NCBI GenBank assembly: GCA_965649825.1
Contig: OZ287695.1
Coordinates: forward strand, 620,001 to 684,000
DNA: 64,000 nt
Reading direction: 5' to 3'
Source of the DNA: Penicillus capitatus
Lineage: Eukaryota; Plantae; Chlorophyta
Below are positions 11,775-24,829 of this stretch, piece after piece; position 1 is the stretch's first letter, and each line of letters opens with the position of its first letter. The notes below the pieces were generated by a model. It was not told the DNA's origin, did not search any database, and worked only from the letters and a program-made list of their open reading frames with translations. The translations under genes were made by a program, and so were the position numbers.

Positions 11775-11998
11775 ACTCAAGGAAAAAGTGTTCTGCAGCA
11801 ATGATGGGCGCTTAAGTAACGCAAGTAATTGAGCCATTAAAGTGCTTTCCCTGCAGTGTCCCAATTACTGTTAGACGTTGCGAGAAGAAGAAACCGTCGT
11901 GTCTCTCCCATGTCCGTATGAGCTTTTCCATGTACTGAGTTAGCATGCATAGGAGGATCAAATGCTTCAGCAATACATGTGCACCCATCCACGCTTTT

Positions 11999-13287
11999 TT
12001 ACGGTGCCGCTAGGTTAGATCCATTCGAGTGCATCGACATGCTGTGGCGGATAATGGATGTGAAATCGACAACATTCTGCAGTCCGTCCATGACACCTAG
12101 CACCACACTAATGCCTCCGCGGCGCACTGAATGGAGAGAACCTGTGAAGTAGAGCATGTCCTGAGTAGCAATGATGAACTCTGGACCCACGGCACTGATG
12201 ATGTGCTGTCCACGTCTGCCGGACAGTACAGTGCCTTCATTCAAATGGTGCTTCGAGCTCATACCTGACGGATGCGAGAAAGAGTCCATTCAGACCACGC
12301 AGACCAGCTTCGTCGACCGTGCAGCCAACTGCACGCGAATGATCCGTGACCTCCAGTCCAACGAGGAAGGAACTCTGGGCATCTAGAAGAAGAGGAAGCT
12401 GGAAGGAATGCATTGCAGCGTCTGCCCAACATTGCACTTGGTTTTGAGAGAGGCCAGGGAGAAGCAGCGGAGAAAAGAGATACATGTAGATGAGTCCGCC
12501 GACGGCGACGGGGACGCCAAACTTGCCGATGTCGAAGAAGCTCTGCTTGGGTATCTGCTCACCCTCTTCGGCACTTGCCGCCATGTCGTCAATCAGACCT
12601 AGAGAGCACACAAACAAACGCGTTTCCTCTCGCGCCCGTCTCCTGTGCACCTGCCACGACCAGATTGGTCGACGTGCCGATCAGAGTGCAGGTTCCGCCG
12701 AGCATCGATGCGAAACTCAGTGGGATGTACAGCTGCAGGGAAGGCGTCTGGACAGTGTTTATCATCGAGATGGTGTGCCTACCTGTCCTGCAGGGAGATG
12801 GGATCTCTGACACCACACTTTGACGATGGGTAACATGATGGCCACTACTGGTGTGTTGTTCATGAAGGCGGAGAGAATGGTCACGGGAAGCATCATGCGC
12901 ATCATGGCCGACCCCGTATTCGTCGGATTTCCTAAGACGACTTGGAAGAGAGCGTCCAGACATCCCGTTTCTGAGATGCCCATCGCCACAACGAACAGCA
13001 CTGGTGGAAAACGTCCATTCCCGATGCTTCGCCAACCGTCGGCTCACCTGCGACAGTCAGAGGTGCTTCGTTGGAGAATCCAGCCAGTCTTTCGTCCACG
13101 CTGATGATGCGCGTCACCACGAGCACAGAGAGAACACCTATTGGCGAGTATGCTATTCATCTGCTTGAAGAAGGGGTGGCTGATCTAAGAAGAAGAAATC
13201 TGCTCCCGTCCATTTTTTGAAGGGGATGATTATCGCCACGACGATGCATAGAATCGCAACGGCAGAATCCAAAACAAACTCTGCCAT
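11999..13287 (-). pseudogene. 5' half of an SLC13/SLT-type Na+/sulfate cotransporter with the first TrkA-C domain
   Basis: GFSNEAPLTVA; ILSAFMNNTPVVAIMLP; SFASMLGGTCTLIGTSTNLVVAG; GCTVDEAGLRGLNGLFLASVR..DMLYFTG. First intron donor appears to be AT rather than GT; the frame stops at 11999 and the C-terminal half is absent. Confidence 0.75.
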
Positions 13288-14895
13288 GACGGGCAAGATA
13301 ACCTGAGGACAAAGGGGAAGGTCAAATCTCAACTGTCGTACAGAAGGAGTTCTTAAACAACCGTCTGTCAGATGTCCGACTCAGTCAGTGCCCGCGATTT
13401 CGAGGAGAGGGAAGCAGAAGGTTTGCCATCTTGAACCAGAAGAGTCAGCATCAGCATGGATATAGAGGGACTGTGTCCGTTGTCCACTGGAGTATTCAGG
13501 GTACTAGAACTCGATCTGCTTGTCTTTATCCGCCAGTTGCCCACCATGCGCACGGAGATTCTTGCCACTTCAGATCGCTGTGCTTCGAGTGGCATCTCTC
13601 GAGCTCGTTGCTGTTCCCCTAGAGACGTGTGTTGTCAGATCGAGATCACTTCTGCTCCAGCAACAGCGTTCGTTATGTTTATCCGAACCACGCTTAAGAT
13701 CTCATTCATTGTGCTCGACGCGCAGATCTTTGGATACTGTAACAGTTGCCGTAACAGAACGATGATACGTCTTTGCTCGACTCCACGAAAACAGGATGCG
13801 CAAGTGTGCTAGGTTTCTGCTTGTAGAGCTTTAATCCTTTGCTCAAGCCTGCTGCTTCTGTACAAATGCCGCGTTGAATTCATCCGCCGCTCTTGTGGAC
13901 GTCGGTGCACCTTATAAAGCACCTGAACGTTTCTGTGCCTGGTCTCCCAACGAGCAAAGCCTATAGCAGCTGAATCACTATTGCTTCAAACAAGCGGTGT
14001 CCTTCTCACTCAAAGACGATGCGTCCGAGAATCGAATGACATGCATGATCACTAAGAACTACAACAACACGCGTGCCTCTTTGTGCACTGCCTTCATGTC
14101 AATCGGCAGGAACGAGAACACCGGGGAGGAAAGTTCCGTTTCTTCTGAGGTCTTTTGGTTTTGTAGGTACTAGAAAGAACGGACGAAAGGCGCACCCCGA
14201 CAGCCGAGGCTGCTTGACAGATGATTTCTAAAAAGACCAAAAAATTATGCCGCCAGAATTCATCCGTCCACTTTCCGAGGTCCGCAACGCATAGATATGA
14301 AGCCCTCTCGATCGCTCGTTGGTGCTATTAGCTACAACGCACAAGAATCCGGGAGATTTTTGAAAAATAGGGAAAGGAATCATCAGATGGAGCTCGTTGA
14401 GTGCAGGGACGTCGTCAGCTTTCAAGAGTGTCATCAAATACAGCAAGGAGATAAAAGATATGTGTCTGCCCGTCGTGGTCGTCCCGCGTTTATCGACTGG
14501 CACGGGCAACTGCTTGTCGCAAGCGCCAGTTTGACGTCCGTCTTGGAATCTCGCATAAACCAGGACGCAGTGAAAACAGACGACGAGGAAAAAGAAACAC
14601 GTTATCGACTGTTGGACAGAGTTCGCAAACGCAAAATCTGCGCTGGCAATACTTCTGAACACGTGTCAAAAGGGGACTGTCACGGTGTGATTGTCCGCCG
14701 GAGGCGTGCCGTAATGCGCCATCTGTTACATCGATTTCGCACCACGGAAGGTTGCGTCGCCCTGTGCCATCGCATACCGACGCTAAGAACAAAATTCTTA
14801 CTCTCTTCTTCGGCTATAAAAATGTAGACAGCGTTGTGTGTTCGTGCTATCGGATTTCTGGTCGCTGAGAACTGAGGCTTTCCGTTTTGCTCAAG

Positions 14896-15856
14896 ATGTC
14901 TTGCCGACGTGTTCTGACGATTCTTGCGCTCTCTGCGCTCTTTGGCGTCTCGTTTTGTCAGAGATCGAGCACCCATGCCAGAAAAACCCTTCCCGAAGAA
15001 CCACAACCGCAGAGATCGAACGACAGTTCACGGACACCCGATGGCGTTGACTTACCAAACCAAGACGCGAACAATACGAGTCTATACAGGTCAGTGTCAA
15101 GAAAGAATGCCGTTGTCTCTGTGACAACGAGACGTTTTGCAGGGAGCAGTCGACGAGCGAGTTTGAGCAGGAACGCTGCTACTGTTGTCTCCCAGATGAC
15201 GATTCCTGTTGCCAGATCTGGATCTGTCATCGGATGGGACCCGAACTCGGCTCTACGGATTGTCGACAAAGGATCTTAAGTCCTGGTGATAACTTTAACG
15301 ATTCCAGTGACGTGACCACGTGCACATGCTCGAATGTATCCTCGGAGGAGGACTATTGCGACGAATAGTACTGTCATGGGTTCACCGAGGACAGAGAGCT
15401 AAAGCGATCGGACACTGCTGCCTGGAACGGAACACGAGTGGTGTGCCTTGTCTCCGCTGGAAAACGATACAACCCCTTTGGAATAATGATGTCGAATCGA
15501 TCTGTCGGTGTACAAAAAAGGAAGACGGTTTCTGCAAACTGTCGAGCTGCACGGAAGAGAGACGCGTTCAGTGTTGCGAAGACGAGGGTCACCGCAAGTG
15601 GTATGTGTGGTTGATCGGAGGAGTCGGTATGCTGGTGCTTTCCTCTGTGAGCTCCTCGCTACTGTGCGATGGACAACCCCTGGGAATGTACTACGCTGCT
15701 GTCGGTTGGGTGCTGGGAGTGATGTGGTTCATTAGCGTTACCATTTGGGGAGTCGGACGTGTGTGGCTGTATTTCTTAATAGCATCAGTGGTCGCAACGT
15801 TTTTCCCCCAAGCCTTTGTGGTAATTTGTCTTTGCGTGTTTCGTATAGTGGAATAA
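14896..15856 (+). pseudogene. Cys-rich 3-TM family member with frameshifts and a stop
   Basis: Signal peptide MSCRRVLTILALSALFGVSFC; KECRCLCDNETFC..RCYCC..CCQIWIC..TCTC..YCDE*YC (TAG at a conserved W); ICRC..FC; 3-TM tail. Confidence 0.75.
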
Positions 15857-16811
15857 AAGAACGGCCTTTAGACAAAAGAAAAGAGACTCCTCATTCCGAC
15901 ACAGAACATGACGCACATAATCAAGTGATCGCGGTCAAGTATAAATCGTGGAAGTGTGGGGGTTTACATGATTTGTTGTCTTGTCGTGGGGGTTAAAGCA
16001 GATCCAGAATTTTAAAAAATGGAAAAGTCTTATTATCAGAAGCAATGGCCAAGAGTGGAACGGTGCTTCTTCGTCATTTCCACCAATCTATTTCTGCCTC
16101 GTTGTTGAATCCGTCTTGCATTCGATTGAACACTTGGGGGAAGAACTAATTGCCGTTCTGTTACAAGTTTGTCTGAAGAAAGGAACAATCTGCGGGGAAA
16201 CTCCATTCTTGTATAGTACACCACCGCCGTGTTACTGGGCACTGTTCTCACTCGCACTCTTACTGTCTACACAGATGTGTGATAACAGACTCTGGCAGAG
16301 TTCGAGAAAACGAATCGATTAAGGCACAGATCAGTTGGAAGACAGAGAATCTCACTTGTTTGACAGATCTGGTCCGATTGATCGTCGCACCTTTATCTAA
16401 CACCAACCTGGAGCATATATGGACAGTACTCAATGATGGTGGGGTAAGTCGTACGGCAAGATTCGTTTTTTGTGCATCTGAGTTAATAGAGTGGCCACAG
16501 TGCCTTCGTCGGACGAACTCGCTCTTTTTAACGAACTGTCGGGCGACGATTCGGGTATGCAAGAACGGCAGCCGTTGCTGATTCGATGAACATTGTACGG
16601 TAAGTATTTGTTGTTTCCAAATCCTCTGTCCGAACGGTAGCAGCCACCCGTCGTCAGGAAATGGATAAGAACCTCGCTTCTGTTGTTTCGGTTGTCACAC
16701 TCGTAGCTCGACTTCTCCTCTTTTCATTTGCGATTCCGCGAAAGCCGAAGGAGAACTGAGGGGGCGGATTTCACAATACAGCTTTTCCGGAGATTCACTC
16801 TTTCTCTCAAA

Positions 16812-17786
16812 ATGCGCCTTCGACGCGTTCGGGAAGTGCTGACACTCTTGGTGTTCTGCCGCCTCGCGTGCTGTCAAGGGACACAGGAGTTCGACTTCGA
16901 ATCTGATATCGCCACTTGGCCGCAGCTGAAGCGGCAAGCGGGTTATCGAACAGAGTCAGGGAAATACTTGGGCGGTCTGTACAAGAAAGCACGCTTCGAA
17001 GAACGGGAGTTCTATCTCTGCCTCCGAGATAACGAAAGCTTTTGCATGGAGTGGTTGATACAACAAGCAAGCGGCGGCGAATCGAAGATGGGTGGATGCA
17101 TATGTCGAGAGGAAACCGGTCCCTACTGCCCAATGTGGACTTGCAGTCATACGGAAACGGAAGTCCACAGGTCCAAGGGTAATGATGACGATGATGACTA
17201 CCACACAGTCGTCCATGGAAAAATAACAAGATGCTTCTGCAGCAAGACATCACCCAACGAGAACTACTGTCACGCATGGCACTGCGTAGAAACGGGCACG
17301 GACGGGACTTTAGAAAACGAGCATCACCGCTGTCTGGAAGAGGACGAGAGCGGCGAGTTCTGCTTCCGCTGGAAAGGAGACATCACTTCGGAAAAGGAAG
17401 TCGAATCATCTGTCTGCCAGTGTACGGACAGAAAAGATGGCCATTGTGAAACATGGGAGTGTGTCGAGCGTGGACTCGTTCGATGTTCGAAGCATTGCCC
17501 TTCGTGGTGCAATGTATGGATTGGTGTTTTTGTCGCTGGAGGACTCGGACTGTTCTTCCTTGCCCTCGGTGGCGTGATCAGTGGACTCGTACCCTTCTTC
17601 GACCTACATCCTATTTTTTATGTCTGCTATCCGGCTGGCCTTTTGCTTGGATTGCCGTGGATTGCATTTGTTCTCATCTGGGGAGGTGTTGATGCGCCGA
17701 TGTATGTTCTTCCAGTGTGGGGACTCGTGATATTGCTCCCCTGTCTGTCTTTCGTGCTCTTTTGTTGTATCGGTCGTTGCCGTTGA
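16812..17786 (+). CDS. Intronless Cys-rich ectodomain + 3-TM membrane protein, unknown family (324 aa)
   Basis: Long ORF, first ATG at 16812; signal peptide; five C-x(5-9)-C-x2-W units; three hydrophobic helices; clear paralogue at 27270-28250. Confidence 0.9.
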   Translation: MRLRRVREVLTLLVFCRLACCQGTQEFDFESDIATWPQLKRQAGYRTESGKYLGGLYKKARFEEREFYLCLRDNESFCMEWLIQQASGGESKMGGCICREETGPYCPMWTCSHTETEVHRSKGNDDDDDYHTVVHGKITRCFCSKTSPNENYCHAWHCVETGTDGTLENEHHRCLEEDESGEFCFRWKGDITSEKEVESSVCQCTDRKDGHCETWECVERGLVRCSKHCPSWCNVWIGVFVAGGLGLFFLALGGVISGLVPFFDLHPIFYVCYPAGLLLGLPWIAFVLIWGGVDAPMYVLPVWGLVILLPCLSFVLFCCIGRCR

Positions 17787-18479
17787 CCTTCTCTTGCCCT
17801 TCCTTGAAATTCAACCAGACAGAGAGATGATAAAAGGCAGATCGCCATTTCCAGTTAGGCTGGAGGAAATGTGTCTGGCGTGGTGTTGATCTAGATTTGG
17901 TTCTCTGCTTCAGCATGCTGTTGATGCAGGCTTACATGTTCGAGAATTGTCAGTCACTGCAAACGCAGTGCAACAACTAATTGAGTTCAGAAACATCCAC
18001 GCCTCGTTCGATTCTTGTCCCAATAAAAAATTCATCAATTCGTCCTAACAGGCAAAGTGTATGATAAATGACGATTTGATATTCAAAACGGGTCTACTGT
18101 TATGCTGGGACCGTTGCATCTGCAAGTTCCGGCGGGTCGCACGTTCCCGAAAAATGGTCCTTACGTATACCGCCGCTACTGTATCTTTTTCGAAAGAACT
18201 GTTCTCACACTTTGTTTTGGCTGTAAAAGCCAGTAGTGCTGTTTACGCACAAACCTACTTAGTACTTTTATTGTCAGCGAAGGTTGACGTTTCTGCGTTT
18301 CTCGAGACGCCTTAACGACGTGTTCTGAATTCTTGTACTCTCTGCACTCGTCGGAGTAACGTCTTGTCGGAGGTCGGTTGTCTGTACAGGGAGGACCCTT
18401 TCCAGGAGAAAGGCGCAGCACAAACCAAAGGAGTCGCCACTAAGCGTTGACAACAAACCAATCCATCCAGAGAACATTT

Positions 18480-18870
18480 TGACTCCGTGTTGGTCGGTGT
18501 CCAGAATAGAACACCGTTGCCTCGTCGTCAACAACGCGATTCGCACGGAATGGTCGACAGGAGAATTAGATCGAGGACGTTGCTTCTGTTGCCATCAAAC
18601 GGTCTCCTCTGGACTCGCCACCAGAAGGAAATCGAACTCGGCATCGTTTATCATACCGTGCTCACAGCACTAGGACATCTGGAAACACGACTAGATGCAG
18701 CTGTTTCAATATATCCTCGAAGAAGGGCTGTTGCGAAGAGTGGTACTGTACCGAGCCCGCCGTGGACGGAGATATGAAGTACGCGTACTACAGATGCCGG
18801 GAAGCAAACAAGAACGGTGGCATTTGCTCTGTAAGCCAAGCACCACTTTGATGTATGTGTGTCCGGAAGC
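18480..18870 (+). pseudogene. Fragment of a Cys-rich family member
   Basis: RCLVVNNAIRTEW..GRCFCC and TRCSCFNISSKKGCCEEWYCTE..YYRCRE in different frames; no TM part. Confidence 0.65.
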
Positions 18871-19189
18871 CAACAAAGATTTCACGCCAAGTTCGCCGCG
18901 CGAGTCGTAGGAAAGCACATCGCCCTTCTGCTGTGGGCGGAAACGATCGAGAATCAGTCATGCATCGACTGCACCACCAAGGACAGCAACATTCAATCGA
19001 AAGTTGAATGTCAAAAGGGCCAGTTTCATCGCGAAGGAAATGTCCGTGTACCCGTCTTCTCAGCTTGTACCTAGTACCTACTTACCTGCCTTATGTCTTA
19101 TGACTCGTGTCATTTAAGTTGCATATACGCCTTGAGTTTTTATTCTGTATCCTAGAAAGTCGCTGGCCACTCCGATTCTGCAAGTGCAG

Positions 19190-19900
19190 TAGAGTCAAAA
19201 GTGCAGGAGCAAAAGCGCCGAAAAGTCGAGGCGAGGTCGACGGTTAGACGAAGAATGAAGAGTTTTTGTCCGGGTGGTGACCCTATCGTCGGCCCCCGAA
19301 ATTAGCGCGACGTTGTCATTTCCCCGCCGGAACCCATCCAACTCGGCGCGGCTCGCCAGACACAACCGGGTCAACTCTGATGGGACGTCCCTCCTCTGTG
19401 TCCGGCGCAGGAATCGATACCCCGCGGTCGTACTTCTCGAACTGGTCCAGCTGCACCATCCGCTTCGGGTCGATCCCCGCAGTCGAGAAGGCGCTGATCG
19501 CAATATACTCCCGCCGTATACGCGTCCGTAGCTCCGCAGAGGTCCCGTCAAGGTTGGCGACCTCAAAGTCGAGACGACTTCGCCGACGTCTTCCGATTCT
19601 CGACTCAAGACGGCGACGGCCTCGACGACCAGATACGTATCCGCGAATCTTTGCCTTTGGACTCACTTTTCGGATTCCTCGTCCATCGACGTTCGACGGA
19701 GGACAAGAACGAAATCCTATCTCCTGTTGTGGGAGTCGGCACTGCCACATTTTCTTCTCCACTCCATTACAAGTGTTCGTTTCGTTGTGAAAATAACTTC
19801 CTTGTGGAATCGTGGTTCAAGAGCATGCACAGTTATGCGACGTTGTTCGGAATGCATTCGATCAGCTGCAGACTTTGGAGAGTCATGTGTCAAAAGACTT
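19190..19900 (-). repeat. Dispersed repeat / degenerate ORF of unknown identity, copy 1
   Basis: Highly similar in inverted orientation to 39910-41150; ..RRRRSRLDFEVANLDGTSAELRTRIRREYIAISAFST..; weaker similarity to 28400-28900. Confidence 0.75.
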
Positions 19901-20329
19901 GAAAAACGCCACAAAGAGTTACACCCCGTTTCTAAGCACAATCCTTTTCCACTTTGTGTTATTTTTACTCAAGTTGTACACAAAAATGGATGTCCTGCAT
20001 AGAAGAGCGGATGCAATGGACAACAAACTACCACCAAAGATCATGTCTCACAAAAGAAAGAATATCACTCTACAAGGAGGGCAGATACCGAAAAAGTGGA
20101 ACTAGAGACATTAGACGATTACATCTAGTTCCGAAAATGTTACCGGCCATCTTACGCATGGTGCTGCGTCTCATTTTTTGAAGGAAACGCAGCAATTCTA
20201 GAAAAAAGTTGTTTGTTTCGCAAACTGACTCAGCAGGCGGAGGGGAGTTGGGTGCATAATCGTAAGACGGAATTAGCGGCGCATTTTACTGCATGGTGTG
20301 AGAGCGACCTCGAGCTTTTTCACCGAGAA

Positions 20330-21000
20330 TGTCTGACGGACACGTCGTTATTCGTGAGACGGTCTTGTAACTGTTCGAATTGTTTGCCGTTTTATGGCGA
20401 TCGACCTAGAGTCACGGAGTTCAGTCTCCAGCACTTCAGGCGCAGAACACTATACTGACTGTTTGACTGAAAGGCAAATGTCACGATCCCAGATACGCTT
20501 TCAGAGTGCCTTCAAAAAGGGCCATTGATCAGGATGCGTGTCCTTTCAACTACACTTGTTTTTCGATGAGGAAACCGCGTTTGTAACGAATGTGCTTAGT
20601 ATAATGCAGTGTCGAGATGTGTAGGGATTGAAATGCAGCTTAAAATGATCACCAAGTCTAACCAAATGAAAGGTCAGATTTTACAGTGAAAGGAACAATG
20701 AAAACATTCATTCACACACAAGCCAATCGTTCACTCATTCCCACAACGAGGGAGAATAACGTGACCTCGCGAGGAAATGTGACTGGATGACAGAAAGTGT
20801 AAGAATGTCGTTATTGTCATCAATAAACAGACGATGTGGAAATACGACAGGTGTTCCAGTTTCGGTCCTAAGACTTCTCAGACAATGAATGCACAATATT
20901 AGTCAAGAATCAATATTCGATATGTAACAAACGGTCCTAATGACCGCGCCCTCTAGCATCCAAGAGAGCGCAACCTTCTGGTTCTTCGTTCATGTGATCT
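20330..21000 (+). pseudogene. Second copy of the degenerate convergent block
   Basis: Homologous to 8380-9060 (..RKCKNVVIVINKQTMWKYDRCSSFGPK). Confidence 0.45.
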
Positions 21001-21116
21001 GGATTCTTATCACGTATTGGTCACAGAAGACGAAGGCACTGTAATAATAAAAGCAGCAAAGGTTAGACTCTTCTTGGAGAATATTTATTAATAGAGGGCT
21101 TTGTCGGACGCCCCGC

Positions 21117-23765
21117 TCACACACGCAGGAGTCTCTCGAGGGAGTTTCGTGTTAAATCAGAACATCCAGAAGTCCTTCCTTCACAGATAACGTCAAAAGG
21201 TGTGTCTCCCTGCGCGTCGGTTAATGTCTTCCAGGCTTCGGCGTCCAGCAAAATCTGTAGTACGCCATTAGACTCTGAGATGGTGCTTCTGACGCACCTT
21301 TGTTATCTCCAGATGACCATCTAGGTAACCATACCGTGCTGCAAGGTGAAGTGGTGTTTGACCAAGCATATCAACAACATTGACACCAGCATCTTCTTCA
21401 ATCAGCAACTGTACTAAGTAAGGTGAAAATAGGACAGACGACCATGGGAAGAATGCACCTTTACAACCTCAGGCGTCCCAAATGCCGCGGCAATGTGAAG
21501 TGGCGTCCATCCACTCTTGTCGACAATATCGAGTTTCACACCATGCCCAATGAGAATCTGGCGAATGACCGTTTCTGTCAGCAAGGGGACGAAGTGAATA
21601 GGTAACTGACCTTGACCACTTTGGCATCTCCGGATATTACAGCGATATGCAAAGGAGTCCATCCGTTTTCGTTCGCGATACTGACCTTCGCTTTATGCTC
21701 GATGAGGATCTGGCGACTGACCGCTCTGCCAATGAGGGGAAGAAGTGAATGGATAACTGACCTCGACCACTTTGGCGTCTCCGGATAACACAGCGAAATA
21801 CAAAGGAGTCAGTCCATTGTCATTAACCTTGTTGACCTTCGCCCCGTGATCAACGAGTGCCTATCAAGGAACTTGTCGAGTAGTCCGAGAGCACATCATA
21901 ACTCGCCTGCACAGTTTCTGAGTCTTTGCCGCGCGCAGCCATGTGCAATGATGTGTCTCCAGTTAAATTGGCGGCGTTCACTTTAGCGTCGTGCTCCAAA
22001 AGAATCTGCGAGCAATCTTCTGTGTAGACAGCTGGGATCATATTCGGATTTACCTTCGCCACTTTTGTGTGTCCAGTCTCCGCTGCTACGTGCAGAGGAG
22101 TCACTCTGAAATCCGTGGGCGTGTCCACGCTTGCACCATATCCCAGAAGAACCTAAAATTGCAGGCACAAGGATTCAACGGACAGAGACTTTGCGTCTGG
22201 GCTCCGGCATGCAGAGTGGACTCAAAGAAGCACATCACCTCAGTGCATTCTGGCGCATTGTGATACGCTGACCAGTGCAACAACGTGAATCGCTGCTGTG
22301 CTCGATACCCTTCTACTCGAAATGTATACATGCGGTGAGAATCTGGATCCAATCCCTCCAGAAGAGCAGCTTCCAACTTCAAGGCATTGTCATTCTTTAT
22401 GAAGCGATACGCTTTCTACAGAACCGTCTGTGCACTCCAAGCGATCTTCTGCATTGTTACTGCAACCTTAATCAGTTCTTTCTCCGAAAGTTCTGTCAGT
22501 CGTTTGCGTTCCTCTTTGATCTTCCGCTTTTCTGCTCGTTCTTTTTTCGTTTTCTTGTGTGTCGGACTCTCTGTCTGTGGAGATCGTGTGCCATCTTCTC
22601 CATTCGCCAAAGGTGACTTGCGTGACTGTGATCGATCTTTCTCCTGTTCTGGCGATCAGACACGAAGAAGCAAATGCGGAATGCAGTTTACCTTTTGATC
22701 TTCGCCGATTGTTTCTTGAATCCAATCCCAGAACGCACCGATACTTGTATAGATGGTCGGTGATTGATCGGTACAGTCTTCGGAGCCCGTGGACGTTACG
22801 CCGACAACCAGGTCAAATTCTGGATTCCCGGCTGCAATGCTGCTTCCAGATCTGTCAGGGATCAACAGTGGACCACCCGAATCACCTTCAACAGAGGAGA
22901 CTTGGCAGAATGTGGCGCTGTCGAGTGTTTAACCCTTGCATGTGTTCTCGTTTGCGAATCCAGCACAGATCGAGTGTTTTTTGACGGCGTCTCCGAGGAA
23001 TTCTTTTTTACAGTAGTGATTCGTCACATACACCAGGTTGGCTGCGATCTGTAAAGAATTTGGATTTCTTCCAGTCTCGTTCAGTCCCCAACCCAATGCG
23101 GCGAACAGTTTCCCTGAGCGAAATTTACCCCCCTGAGTGTCCAGTGAAGGCAGCGCAAAATTCGCTTCTTTATTCAGTTTGACGACGGCGATATCATAAC
23201 CATCCTTCACGTTACCGGTCCAAGATTCGGGCCAGTGACTTTCCTGTCCGCTGAACACCTAGCAGCTTCCACCTCGGAAGAAAGCGAATAGACGTGAACA
23301 GGTGATTACTTTGTTGGTATTGTTTGCGTCGAGTTTGTGAATACCGCATCGGACAATCGGATTTCTGCCGAGTGTGTTCGAAGATGGGTCGACGCAGTGT
23401 GCTGCTGTGACCACCCATTGTGGTCGAATGAGGAATCCGCCACAGCGATGGAGTTTATCTTCCCGTCTGGATAGACTACAAACGTAAGGGAACCGTCCCT
23501 CTGGTGCTTCTTCGCCCTGTGACAAGAAAGGTCGTCGAAACCTGAATTTGTGTGCGTGCAATTGCAAACTCACGATGATGAAGGGAGCGAGTCGCGGCTT
23601 AGAGGCCAATGCTCCTGAACCGTTGGAAATATGCACGCGTCGGAAATGCTAACCTGGAGAGGTATTACCTCCTTTTTCTCGGCATGTTGCAATGTGGAAG
23701 TGCAAGAGAAGCAGAAGAGACATGTGACAGCCGAGACGACAACGCGGAACGTTGGAAAGATTCAT
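21117..23765 (-). CDS. Signal peptide + S1A protease + ankyrin repeats, type 2, copy C (7 ANK exons + terminal exon)
   Basis: MNLSNVPRCRLGCHMSLLLLLHFHIATC; TAAHC, GYDIAVV, ENTCKG|DSGGP; in-frame linker and ANK exons; ends ..[15 protein letters not shown]. Confidence 0.85.
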
Positions 23766-23929
23766 GCTCGAGAATGTGTTCTGCGGCAGTGGCGTGCGCT
23801 CAAGTAACGCAGTTAATTGATCCATTAATGTTCTCAGTTCTCAGTGACTGTCAGACGTTGCGAGGGGAAAAACCGTTCGTGTCCTCTGTCGTGTTCGTCT
23901 AGGCTTCTCATGGACTGAGTTGGCATGCA

Positions 23930-24040
23930 TGACAGGGTCAAAGCTTCTCCGCAATGCATATGTATACAGCTTATCCAAGTTGCCGCTCGACCAAGTCAAG
24001 CTGGTGCATCGACACGGGCAACTGTGTGAACGACGATCTG
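23930..24040 (-). other. Remnant homologous to the broken 3' end of the SLT gene; similar remnants near 45200-45280 and 49660-49740
   Basis: Matches 11930-12060 (SMSMH / VSMHQ / SMSMQ / SMSMG frames) immediately upstream of each type-2 gene. Confidence 0.6.
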
Positions 24041-24265
24041 CGCTTCACCTCGAATCTCCGTTCTGTGTGCATTCATTTTTTGAGAGTGCTTTAAGGCAAG
24101 GGGAATGCCGACGGTTAATCCTCTGTGTTCCATCCAGCTTTCTGCCAAGACCATACAAGCGTCTCATGCCGTTCAGAACAAATCAGGCTCATTGCGACGG
24201 CTCCACAGGCCGATGCGAGTGCTCTTGCGATCCTATCAGACACACATCGGTTCACGCTCCCAGAT

Positions 24266-24800
24266 TCAAATTGTGCTCACTCTCGAGGGACGGCAGACAG
24301 CAATCCACAGAGGCAGCAGCAGAGCAAAGAACCAGAGCGCTCCGACGATGGGCAGCGCACGAAATCCGCCCCAAACGAACACTCCGATCATCATGAAAAG
24401 CGCTGGAACGCTGAGAGGCAGAGCCAAGTGTGGTTCTTCCATCAGCAGACTGAAGGTCGAGGCAGAGATGATGATGAACACAGCGACGCCGCCACCCAAG
24501 ACAGCAACCCAGTAATTGCACCACCAACCGGAATGCGCCTCGCAACGAACCATTCCTCTCATCTCACAAAACCAACAGTCGAAGAGTGTCTCGTTGGTCG
24601 ACTGGCATCGGCAGACAACGGACTTGATCTTCTTTTCCGACGAGATCTGACCCTTCACCACTCGCAGCAATCCTCCATGTTGGTACTGTGGCATTGGAAA
24701 TGCTGCTCTTCGAAGTCGCCATAATAGCCGAGCTTCACACAGAACCACTCCGAACGGTACTCTGTGTTTTCGGTCTTGCTACACCGTCGCGGTTTCCTTT
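24266..24800 (-). pseudogene. 3' half of a Cys-rich 3-TM gene
   Basis: CSKTENTEYRSEWFC..FQC..CCEW, frameshift, KGQISSEKKIKSVVCRC..VRCEAHSGWWCNYWVAVLGGG + 3 TM; 5' half replaced by ANK sequence. Confidence 0.75.
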
Positions 24801-24829
24801 ATATCCGCACAGCTTCATTGGGGTTCTCG

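Noticed and set aside
13368-14830. Several 75-176 aa ORFs, and likewise 16.0-16.6, 31.7-32.1 and 45.4-45.8 kb
   Set aside because: No recognisable motifs, paralogues or consistent exon structure.
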